This document shows, piece after piece, positions 1-8,520 of a stretch of DNA of 32,000 nt (positions are counted from its first letter, which is position 1; every line of letters starts with the position of its first letter). Below the pieces are notes generated by a model that saw only the letters and a program-made list of their open reading frames with translations, made no database searches and was not told the DNA's origin. Position numbers and translations under genes: made by a program. The stretch spans positions 240,001-272,000 of the forward strand of contig NZ_JBHSTI010000008.1 of assembly GCF_042660085.1 (NCBI RefSeq), in the 5' to 3' direction. Source of the DNA: Longivirga aurantiaca (lineage in GTDB: Bacteria; Actinomycetota; Actinomycetes; S36-B12; CAIYMF01).

Positions 1-957
1 GAGCGAGCGCAGGCGCGAGGCCACGCTGCTCGCCTGGTGCACCACCATGAGCTCGTCGGCGTCGGCGTGCTCGCGGAACTGCTCGAGGTAGTCGCGCACG
101 ACCTCGCGCGTGCCGATCGCGGCGTAGGTGAGCATCTCGTCGATGTGCGCCATCTGCGGCGACGCGAGGACCAGGTCGATCTCGTCCTCGGTGAGCGGCG
201 CGCGCCCGCGCCCGAAGAACGTCTGCACGCGCATCCGGCGTACCGCCTGCAGCTCGGCGTCGGCCTGCGCCTGGGTGTCGGCCGCGATCACGGTGACGCC
301 GGCGACGACGTACGGCGAGTCGAGCTGCTCCGACGGCTGGAACGTCGATCGGTAGATCGCGACCGCCTGCTGCAGCGAGTGCGGCGCGAAGTGCGACGCG
401 AAGCCGAAGGGAAGCCCGAGGTGCGCCGCGAGCTGGGCGCCGAACAGCGACGAGCCGAGGATGTAGAGCGGCACGTCGGTGCCGCGGCCGGGGGTGGCGT
501 TGACACCGGGGATGCGGGTGCGGTCGGTGAGATAGCCCTGCAGCTCGACGACGTCCTGCGGGAACGTCTCGGCCGCGGCGGGGGAGCGGCGCAGCGCACG
601 CAGGGTCTCCTGGTCGGTGCCGGGCGCGCGGCCGAGGCCGAGGTCGATGCGGCCGGGGTGCAGCGTGGCGAGGGTGCCGAACTGCTCGGCGATCACGAGC
701 GGCGAGTGGTTGGGCAGCATGACGCCGCCCGCGCCGAGCCGGATCGAGTCGGTGTGCGCGGCGACATGCGCGATGAGCACGCTCGTGGCCGAGGACGCGA
801 TCGACGCCATGTTGTGGTGCTCGGCGTACCAGATCCGGTGGTAGCCGAGCCGCTCCGCACGGCGCGCGAGGGCGACGCAGCCGTCGAGGCCGTCACGGAC
901 GGACTCGCCCGGTGCGACCACCGCGAGGTCGAGCACGGAGAGCGGTACGGCGGACAA
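1..957 (-). CDS. LLM-class (luciferase-like) flavin-dependent oxidoreductase; 3' end runs off the window
   Basis: Absent from the ORF track because it has no stop in the window. My reverse-strand translation from TTG at 957 reads [84 protein letters not shown]..., a typical luciferase-like monooxygenase N-terminus. The frame stays open for 319 codons to base 1. GAGAGG lies about 6 nt upstream of the TTG. Confidence 0.8.
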   Translation of the reverse strand, partial: MSAVPLSVLDLAVVAPGESVRDGLDGCVALARRAERLGYHRIWYAEHHNMASIASSATSVLIAHVAAHTDSIRLGAGGVMLPNHSPLVIAEQFGTLATLHPGRIDLGLGRAPGTDQETLRALRRSPAAAETFPQDVVELQGYLTDRTRIPGVNATPGRGTDVPLYILGSSLFGAQLAAHLGLPFGFASHFAPHSLQQAVAIYRSTFQPSEQLDSPYVVAGVTVIAADTQAQADAELQAVRRMRVQTFFGRGRAPLTEDEIDLVLASPQMAHIDEMLTYAAIGTREVVRDYLEQFREHADADELMVVHQASSVASRLRSL

Positions 958-1070
958 CGGCGGCCTCTCGTCGGGGCGGGTGCCTCACGAGCATCGCACT
1001 TCATGCCGCTGTCGTGGCGGCCGGGCCGGCGCGCCTCGCAGCCGCGGGAATGGATGGTGGGGAGGCGTCG

Positions 1071-1109
1071 TTGCAGCGAATATACCCCATGGGGGTATAT
1101 TCGCTGCAA
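1071..1109. promoter_or_regulatory. 18-3-18 perfect inverted repeat, CsoR/RicR-type operator candidate
   Basis: TTGCAGCGAATATACCCC-ATG-GGGGTATATTCGCTGCAA; the arms 1071-1088 and 1092-1109 are exact reverse complements. The core ATACCCC..GGGGTAT resembles copper-sensing CsoR-family operators as I recall them. It contains a TATATT -10-like hexamer (1096-1101) and sits 17 nt upstream of the 1126 ATG, in a divergent intergenic region. Confidence 0.55.
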
Positions 1110-1125
1110 CGTACCGGAGGTCCTC

Positions 1126-1653
1126 ATGGCACTCGACGCACTGACCCGCACGGCCGTCACGGCGACCCTGCACTGCCTCACCGGCTGCGCGATCGGCGAG
1201 GTGCTCGGTCTGGTCCTCGCCACCTGGTGGGGCTGGGCGACGGCGCCGAGCATCGCCCTGGCCGTGGGCCTCGCGTTCGTGTTCGGCTACGCCTTCACCC
1301 TTGTCCCCGTGCTCCGCTCGGGGATGTCGGTGCGGCGCGCGGTCGGTGTCGCGCTCGCCGCGGACACGGTCTCCATCGTCACGATGGAGGTCATCGACAA
1401 CGGCGTGATGCTCGCGGTGCCGGGGGCGATGGACTCCGGTCTGGGTGACCCACTCTTCTGGGGCGCCCTCGTCTTCGCGCTGGTGGTCGCCTTCGTCCTC
1501 ACCGTGCCGGTGAACCGGTGGCTCATCGCGCGGGGCAAGGGCCACGCCGTCGTCCACGGCATGCACCAGGGGCACCGGGAGAACTCCGCGCACGACGACC
1601 ACTCCGCGCACGACGACCACTCCGCGCACGACGACCACTCCGCGCACGTCTGA
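1126..1653 (+). CDS. DUF4396-like integral membrane protein with a His/Asp-rich C-terminal tail
   Basis: This is the 3' part of track ORF 37..1653. An in-frame ATG at 1126 is preceded by GGAGG (1116-1120). Translation MALDALTRTAVTATLHCLTGCAIGEVLG... shows about 4 hydrophobic segments, a CxxGC motif and the tail (SAHDDH)x3-SAH. The upstream part of the track ORF is the antisense shadow of the LLM gene. Confidence 0.8.
   Translation: MALDALTRTAVTATLHCLTGCAIGEVLGLVLATWWGWATAPSIALAVGLAFVFGYAFTLVPVLRSGMSVRRAVGVALAADTVSIVTMEVIDNGVMLAVPGAMDSGLGDPLFWGALVFALVVAFVLTVPVNRWLIARGKGHAVVHGMHQGHRENSAHDDHSAHDDHSAHDDHSAHV
1585..1647 (+). repeat. 18-bp tandem repeat, 3.5 copies (TCCGCGCACGACGACCAC), encoding SAHDDH repeats
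   Basis: Exact copies at 1585-1602, 1603-1620 and 1621-1638, plus a 9-nt partial copy at 1639-1647, read directly from the sequence. Confidence 0.9.
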
Positions 1654-1694
1654 CCGGTCTCACCGGGGTTCGCCGCGTACGGCGGACCGCGCGG

Positions 1695-2840
1695 CTAGAG
1701 GCCCAGGTCGCGGCCGATGAGCTCCTTCATGATCTCGTTCGATCCGGCCCAGATCTTGGTGACGCGGGCGTCGCGCCAGGCGCGGGCGACGCGGTACTCG
1801 TTCATGAAGCCGTAGCCGCCGTAGAGCTGCACGCACGCGTCGAGCACGTCGTTCTGCACCTGGGCCGACCACCACTTGGCCTTCGCGGCGTCCACAGCGC
1901 TGAGCTCGCCGTCGCAGAACGCGAGCACGCACTGGTCGACGAACGCCTGCGACACCTCGATCTGCGTCGTCAGCTCGGCGAGCAGGAACTTGTTGTGCTG
2001 GAACGAGCCGATCGACTGGCCGAACGCCTTGCGCTGCTTCACGTACTCGAGGGTCTCCTCGAGGATCGCGGCGGCGTGCGCGATGTTCGACACCGCGGCG
2101 CCGAGCCGCTCCTGCGGCAGGCGCTCCATCATCGAGATGAAGCCGCGGTCGACCTCTCCGATGCGGTTGGCGTCGGGCACGCGGACGTCGGTGAAGAAGA
2201 GCTCGGCGGTGTCGGACTCGGTCTGGCCGACCTTGTCGAGCTTGCGGCCGCGGGTGAAGCCCTCCATGCCGGTCTCGATGCCGAACAGGGTGATGCCCTT
2301 CGCGCCCTGGCCCGGCGACGTGCGCGCGGCGACCACGACGAGGTCGGCGCTGTATCCGTTGGTGATGAAGGTCTTCGAGCCGTTCACGATCCAGTCGTCG
2401 CCGTCGCGGACCGCCGTGGTCTTGAGCGCCGCGAGGTCGGAGCCGCCGCTCGGCTCGGTCATGCCGATCGCGGTCACGATCTCGCCGGTGCAGAAGCCGG
2501 GCAGCCAGCGCTGCTTCTGCTCCTCGGTGCAGAGGTCGCGGAGGTACGGCGCGACCACGTCGCCGTGGATGCCGAGGCACGACGACACCGCGGCCGAGAC
2601 GCGCGACATCTCCTCGCCGAGGACGGCGTTGAACCGGTAGTCGCCGGCCTCGCTGCCGCCGTACTCCTCGGGGATCTCGAGGCCGAGGAAGCCCTGCTTG
2701 CCGGCCTCGATCCAGACGTCCCGGGGGATGGCCTTGGCCTCGATGAACTCCTCGAGGCGCGGGGTCACCTCGCGCTCGAGGAAGGCGCGAGCCGAGGCCC
2801 GGAAGGCCTCGTGGTCCTCGTCGAAGATCCTGCGCTTCAC
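1695..2840 (-). CDS. acyl-CoA dehydrogenase
   Basis: 381-aa ORF with ACAD hallmarks: ...IGMTEPSGGSDLAALKTTAVRDGDDWIVNGSKTFITNG... and the C-terminal ...YGGYGFMNEYRVARAWRDARVTKIWAGSNEIMKELIGRDLGL. Confidence 0.92.
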   Translation of the reverse strand: MKRRIFDEDHEAFRASARAFLEREVTPRLEEFIEAKAIPRDVWIEAGKQGFLGLEIPEEYGGSEAGDYRFNAVLGEEMSRVSAAVSSCLGIHGDVVAPYLRDLCTEEQKQRWLPGFCTGEIVTAIGMTEPSGGSDLAALKTTAVRDGDDWIVNGSKTFITNGYSADLVVVAARTSPGQGAKGITLFGIETGMEGFTRGRKLDKVGQTESDTAELFFTDVRVPDANRIGEVDRGFISMMERLPQERLGAAVSNIAHAAAILEETLEYVKQRKAFGQSIGSFQHNKFLLAELTTQIEVSQAFVDQCVLAFCDGELSAVDAAKAKWWSAQVQNDVLDACVQLYGGYGFMNEYRVARAWRDARVTKIWAGSNEIMKELIGRDLGL

Positions 2841-2876
2841 GTCGTCCTCCGGGCTGTGGGCTGCGTCGATCCGATG

Positions 2877-4199
2877 CTACTGGCCGGTAGCATCCCCCGC
2901 TCGACCGAGGCCCGCCGGCACTCGGGTGCGTGCCACGTACGCCCAGGGGTCGTCGCCGACGCGGGCGAGGAGCACCACGGCCGTGCCGTCGGCGGGCGGC
3001 AGGCGCAGCCGTCGGCGTACGTCGTCGACGTCGAGCGAGGTGGCGCGCTTCTTGACCACGACCGTGCCGACGCCGTCCGCGACGAGGAGCGTCCGGAGGC
3101 GGTCGAGGTCGTAGGGGAGCGCGTGGCGCACGGCGAAGCGTGCGGACAGCGCGCCGAGGTCGGTGTCGTGGTCGGTGCTCACGTAGGCGACGTGCGGGTC
3201 GAGCAGCCGTCCGGCGAGCCGGTCGACGACCTCCCCGACGAGCCCGGCACGGATGACGGCGTCGTCCGGCTCGTGCAGCCACGCGCCGACCGGGCCGACG
3301 GGCGGCGGCGTCTCGGCGTCGAGGTCCTGCGCCGACTCGAGGATGACGACGTCGTCGCCGCGCACGACGCGGGCGCGGCGACGAGCCCGCCCGTCAGCGA
3401 GTGCGGGCCAGGCGATCTCGGCCTCGACCAGCTGGCCGTCGACCGACGTCCAGGTGGTGCACCCGCCGTCCGGCGTCATCGCGTGCGGCACACCGGGTGC
3501 GACCTTCGCGGCCGTGCGCGGCACGCGGGCCGCGACGGCCTCCACCCACGACCATGGCGGCGACCACTGCTGCGGCTCGGTCACCCGGGCGCTGCGTCCG
3601 CCGCGGCTGCGGGAGGTGTCGCGCCGCGCGGGATCGACGTACGCCGCGTCCGCGTGCCTCAGCGCTGCGGTGAGGACGACGTCGTCCGTGACGTCGCCGT
3701 CGAGCACCTCGATGTGCGCGGCGAGGCCGAGGGCCGCGACGTTGGCGCGGGCGAGGGCGGCGACGCCCGGGTCGCGCTCGACGGCGGTGACGGCCAGGCC
3801 CGCGCGGGCGAGGGCGAGGGAGTCCAGACCGAGCCCGCAGCCGAGGTCGGCCACGTGGGTGGCGCCGGCCGCGGCGAACGACGCCGCGCGCAGGTCGGCC
3901 ACGACGGTGCGGGTGGCCTGCTCGGCGCCGTCCTCGGTGAGGAGCAGGTGCCCGACGACGTCGCCGAGCCGCGGCCGGGCGCGGCGGCGCAGGCGCACCT
4001 GGGTGAGGACGGCGGCGATCTGCGCGGGGCCGGCGTCGGGGGTCGTCCGGCGCAGGGCGGCCGAGGCGCGCAGCGGGTCGACCGCGCCGGCCTCCCCGGC
4101 CGCCGCACGCTCGTGGGCGTCGTCGTCGTACGCCGTGGCCGCGGCGAGCGCGGCGCGTCCGGCGTCCGACGTCAGCCAGGCGACGGTCTCAAGGTCCAC
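2877..4199 (-). CDS. class I SAM-dependent methyltransferase (THUMP-like type); start uncertain
   Basis: Track ORF 2877..4310. SAM motif I is VADLGCGLGLDSLALARAG, followed by AVERD. I prefer GTG at 4199 (VDLETVAWLTSDAG...) because GAGAGG lies about 8 nt upstream. The longest ORF begins at 4310. Confidence 0.72.
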   Translation of the reverse strand: MDLETVAWLTSDAGRAALAAATAYDDDAHERAAAGEAGAVDPLRASAALRRTTPDAGPAQIAAVLTQVRLRRRARPRLGDVVGHLLLTEDGAEQATRTVVADLRAASFAAAGATHVADLGCGLGLDSLALARAGLAVTAVERDPGVAALARANVAALGLAAHIEVLDGDVTDDVVLTAALRHADAAYVDPARRDTSRSRGGRSARVTEPQQWSPPWSWVEAVAARVPRTAAKVAPGVPHAMTPDGGCTTWTSVDGQLVEAEIAWPALADGRARRRARVVRGDDVVILESAQDLDAETPPPVGPVGAWLHEPDDAVIRAGLVGEVVDRLAGRLLDPHVAYVSTDHDTDLGALSARFAVRHALPYDLDRLRTLLVADGVGTVVVKKRATSLDVDDVRRRLRLPPADGTAVVLLARVGDDPWAYVARTRVPAGLGRAGDATGQ

Positions 4200-4303
4200 G
4201 CCGGACACCCTCTCAGGTGTCGCGCGGTGCCCGGTGAGGGCCGACTTCGTTGCGTTCTGAGCCGCGAAGGGCCCCGTCATCGCGAACGGGAGGGGGCTGG
4301 GGG

Positions 4304-4330
4304 TTGGCACTCGGGTTGACCGAGTGCCAG
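4304..4330. promoter_or_regulatory. CIRCE element 1 (HrcA operator)
   Basis: TTGGCACTC-N9-GAGTGCCAG matches the CIRCE consensus TTAGCACTC-N9-GAGTGCTAA and overlaps the -35 of the groES promoter. Confidence 0.88.
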
Positions 4331-4344
4331 CACCTTCCTAGAGT
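4316..4344 (+). promoter_or_regulatory. groES-groEL promoter candidate (TTGACC-N17-TAGAGT)
   Basis: The -35 TTGACC (4316-4321) and -10 TAGAGT (4339-4344) have a 17-nt spacer and lie between and over the two CIRCE elements. Confidence 0.6.
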
Positions 4345-4351
4345 GGTCCCG

Positions 4352-4378
4352 TTGGCACTCTCCCCCCGAGAGTGCCAC
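4352..4378. promoter_or_regulatory. CIRCE element 2 (HrcA operator)
   Basis: TTGGCACTC-N9-GAGTGCCAC, immediately downstream of the predicted -10. Confidence 0.88.
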
Positions 4379-4481
4379 GCGACCGGCACCGGAGCGGCAC
4401 CCGCGACGACGCCTCGGACACCCCGGTCATCGCACTGACAGCGCACCACGACTCACATTCACTGCACGTGGAGGACAGACC

Positions 4482-4775
4482 GTGTCGGTCAGCATCAAGC
4501 CGCTCGAGGACCGCATCCTCGTCAAGAGCATCGAAGCCGAGCAGACGACGGCTTCCGGCCTCGTCATCCCGGACACCGCCAAGGAGAAGCCCCAGGAGGG
4601 CGAGGTCCTGGCCGTCGGCCCCGGTCGCTTCGAGGACGGGCAGCGCCTGCCCCTCGACGTGAAGGTCGGCGACAAGGTCATCTACTCGAAGTACGGCGGC
4701 ACCGAGGTCAAGTACGACGGCCAGGAGTACCTCCTGCTGTCGGCTCGCGACGTGCTCGCGATCGTCGAGAAGTGA
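4482..4775 (+). CDS. groES: co-chaperonin GroES
   Basis: 97 aa: [49 protein letters not shown].... GTG start with GGAGGA upstream. Confidence 0.97.
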   Translation: MSVSIKPLEDRILVKSIEAEQTTASGLVIPDTAKEKPQEGEVLAVGPGRFEDGQRLPLDVKVGDKVIYSKYGGTEVKYDGQEYLLLSARDVLAIVEK

Positions 4776-4809
4776 TCGTCGCTCCTACAGCGACCAGCAC
4801 CTGACGTGA

Positions 4810-4842
4810 TCCGCCCCGGCGGCCTCCGGGCCCCGGGGCGGA
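4810..4842 (+). other. GC-rich stem-loop in the groES-groEL spacer
   Basis: TCCGCCCCGG (4810-4819) pairs perfectly with CCGGGGCGGA (4833-4842). The 13-nt loop contains a further GGCC/GGCC pairing. Confidence 0.5.
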
Positions 4843-4871
4843 CCCGTCCCGAAACGCCACAGCACGACTAG

Positions 4872-6530
<1,659 letters not shown>

Positions 6531-6556
6531 TCGTCCGGCTGCCAGCACCACGACAC

Positions 6557-6590
6557 GAGAAAGGCCCCGCCGCGAGGCGGGGCCTTTCTC
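6557..6590 (+). terminator. intrinsic terminator hairpin after groEL
   Basis: GAGAAAGGCCCCGCC-GCGA-GGCGGGGCCTTTCTC is a perfect 15-bp stem with a 4-nt loop, starting 27 nt after the groEL stop. Confidence 0.75.
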
Positions 6591-6596
6591 GTCGTT

Positions 6597-6620
6597 GCGG
6601 CGGACCCGGAGGTCCGCCGC
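6597..6620. terminator. second hairpin in the convergent groEL/whiB spacer
   Basis: GCGGCGGAC-CCGGAG-GTCCGCCGC is a perfect 9-bp stem. It could serve the minus-strand whiB gene. Confidence 0.4.
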
Positions 6621-6702
6621 CGGGCCGGGTGCGCGCACGCACGGCCCTGGTCGGGTGAGGCGCCCGCGAGGGGGGTCAGAGGCGCCGCGCCCGACAGGTC
6701 GG

Positions 6703-7014
6703 TCAGGCAGGGCGGGCGTAGGAGCCCGAGAGCCGCTGCTTGAGGTAGATCGCCTCGCGCTCGTCCTCGGACAGGCCGCCCCAGACGCCGTACGGCTCAC
6801 GCACCGAGAGGGCGTGCGCCGCGCACATGGCAGCCACAGGGCACCGGGCGCACACGCTCTTGGCCGCGAGCTCGCGGGAGAGCCGTGACGGGCCGCGCTC
6901 GCCCTCGGGGTGGAAGAACAGGTCGCTGTCCTCGCCGCGGCAGGCGGCGTCGAGCTGCCAGTCCCAGAGGTCCGCGTTCGGGCCGGGGAGCCGGGAAACA
7001 TCCGCCATGGTCAT
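6703..7014 (-). CDS. whiB3: WhiB-family [4Fe-4S] transcription factor, WhiB3/WhiD-like
   Basis: 103 aa: ...LPGPNADLWDWQLDAACRGEDSDLFFHPEGERG...CARCPVAAMCAAHALSVREPYGVWGGLSEDERE. It has four Cys and the GVWGG turn. The N-terminal LPGPNAD.W.WQ and its position next to groEL1 match my memory of M. tuberculosis WhiB3. Confidence 0.93.
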   Translation of the reverse strand: MTMADVSRLPGPNADLWDWQLDAACRGEDSDLFFHPEGERGPSRLSRELAAKSVCARCPVAAMCAAHALSVREPYGVWGGLSEDEREAIYLKQRLSGSYARPA

Positions 7015-7037
7015 GCTCCTTCTGTGCGTCTGCTCAG

Positions 7038-7066
7038 AACCTACAACCGCTTCAGAAGTTGGTCAA
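7038..7066 (-). promoter_or_regulatory. whiB promoter candidate (TTGACC-N17-TAGGTT on the minus strand)
   Basis: On the minus strand: TTGACC (7066-7061), a 17-nt spacer, then TAGGTT (7043-7038). GAAGGAG and the ATG at 7014 follow about 20 nt downstream. Confidence 0.5.
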
Positions 7067-7305
7067 CACTCTATGTTGAACAACTTACGAAGCGATGCAG
7101 TGACCTCCGCCACGTTTCGCGGGCCGACCCCTGCACCGGTACTTCGCCGCCGGGCGCGGTCCTGGATGCCTGCCTCGCGGAGGAGTGCGTCACGACCGTC
7201 CCGATGCTGGCTCAACGCTGTGACCTGGGGTGTTCGTTCCCCACCGCGGGCATCCGGCCGGACAGCGGACGGGCGTCGGAGGCGCCGGGGCGGCCGGCCG
7301 CCCCG

Positions 7306-7334
7306 ACGGACCGGGACCGTCGGTCCCGGTCCGT
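7306..7334. repeat. 29-bp perfect palindrome
   Basis: ACGGACCGGGACCG-T-CGGTCCCGGTCCGT; each arm also contains the tandem GGACCG GGACCG. It ends 63 nt upstream of the MerR-family gene start. Confidence 0.85.
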
Positions 7335-7396
7335 GGCGCGGTGCTGGCGCGTTTCGGCTGGCCCCTGGCCTGGTTGCCCCCCACAATCAGCAGGTC

Positions 7397-8407
7397 ATGG
7401 TCCTGTCCGAGCGCGCTCCCGGCGCACCGGACGCCTCGGCACCCGGCCTCACGGTCGCGGCTGTCGCGCGGCGTCTCGGTGTCGCACCGGCGACCCTGCG
7501 CACCTGGGACCGCCGCTACGGCCTCGGCCCCACCGAGCGCACGGCGGGCAGCCACCGGCGGTACTCCACCATCGACGTCGCCCGCCTCGACCTCATGCGC
7601 CGGCTCGTCAACACCGGCGTCCCCCCGGCCGACGCCGCCCGTGCCGCGCTCGTCGCGGACGTCGAGCCCGCGCGTGCGGCCTCGCTCGACGGCACCGCGA
7701 CACACGTCGAGCTGCTCACCCCCGACCTCGCCGACCTCGACCCGCTCTTCGACGAGCGGGCGCCCGCCGGCGGCGGCAATGTCATCCCGCTGCCCGACGG
7801 CTCCCCGCAGGTCCGCGGCCTCGCCCGTGCGGCGATGAGCCTCGACTCGATCGCCTGCGTCGAGATCGTGCGCGACACCATCGAGCGGCGCGGAGTCGTC
7901 TGGACCTGGGACCAGCTCGTGGTGCCGGTGCTGGTCGGCGTCGGCCGGCGGTGGGAGGCGACGGGCACGGGCATCGAGGTCGAGCACCTCCTGTCGGAGT
8001 CGGTCACGGCCGCGCTCACCGGCGTCGTCTCGCGCCTTCGGGCCCCGGTGAACCCCCGCCCGGTGCTGCTGGCCTGCGCGCCCAGCGAGATGCACTCGCT
8101 GCCGCTGTTCGCCGTGTCGGCGGCGCTGTCCGAGCGCCACATCGGTGCCCGCGTGCTCGGTGCGCGCGTTCCGCGCGAGGCGCTCGTCGCGGCGGTCCGC
8201 CGCACCGGCCCGAGCGCGGTGCTGGTCTGGGCCTACACCGATGCGACCGGTGCCCGGGAGGCGCTCGAGGAGCTGCCCTCGATGCGGCCGTCGCCGTCGG
8301 TCATCGCCGCCGGGCCGGGCTGGACCGAGCCCCTGCCCGCCGGGGTGGCGCACGTGTCCGACCTCGTCGGCGCGGTGGCGCGCATCGCGCACGCCGTCGG
8401 CCTCTGA
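7397..8407 (+). CDS. MerR-family transcriptional regulator with a C-terminal B12-binding-like domain
   Basis: In-frame ATG at 7397 within track ORF 6827..8407. The N-terminal HTH is LTVAAVARRLGVAPATLRTWDRRYGL...HRRYS. Further on are W-x9-E-H (GRRWEATGTGIEVEHLL) and E-x-H-x-x-P (SEMHSLP) motifs, as in CarH/LitR-type regulators. Confidence 0.85.
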   Translation: MVLSERAPGAPDASAPGLTVAAVARRLGVAPATLRTWDRRYGLGPTERTAGSHRRYSTIDVARLDLMRRLVNTGVPPADAARAALVADVEPARAASLDGTATHVELLTPDLADLDPLFDERAPAGGGNVIPLPDGSPQVRGLARAAMSLDSIACVEIVRDTIERRGVVWTWDQLVVPVLVGVGRRWEATGTGIEVEHLLSESVTAALTGVVSRLRAPVNPRPVLLACAPSEMHSLPLFAVSAALSERHIGARVLGARVPREALVAAVRRTGPSAVLVWAYTDATGAREALEELPSMRPSPSVIAAGPGWTEPLPAGVAHVSDLVGAVARIAHAVGL

Positions 8408-8520
8408 CCCCGCCGTCCCGCTGCCCCCGTACGGGATGGCCGACCGACGCCGAGGCAGGACGGGCCGCTAACCTCCGTGCCACGGCCGGAACCGGCCAGG
8501 TCACCCCAGGGAGTGCACGC

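Noticed and set aside
37-1653. 538-aa plus-strand ORF spanning the first 1.6 kb
   Set aside because: It is a chimera. Its first roughly 360 codons are Arg/Gly/Asp/Val-rich shadow sequence antisense to the clearly recognisable LLM oxidoreductase (minus strand, 1-957). Only the part from ATG 1126, which has an RBS and TM segments, looks like a real protein.
1518-4319. 933-aa plus-strand ORF, plus the minus-strand 540-aa ORF 1660..3282 and other ORFs in this span
   Set aside because: They are low-complexity Arg/Ala/Gly/Pro-rich translations that overlap the well-supported acyl-CoA dehydrogenase and methyltransferase genes in other frames or on the other strand. These are typical high-GC shadow ORFs.
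7063-7386. 107-aa minus-strand ORF in the whiB-merR spacer
   Set aside because: It is Arg/Pro/Gly-rich with no RBS or motif. It would have to read through the predicted whiB promoter, so I treat it as non-coding.
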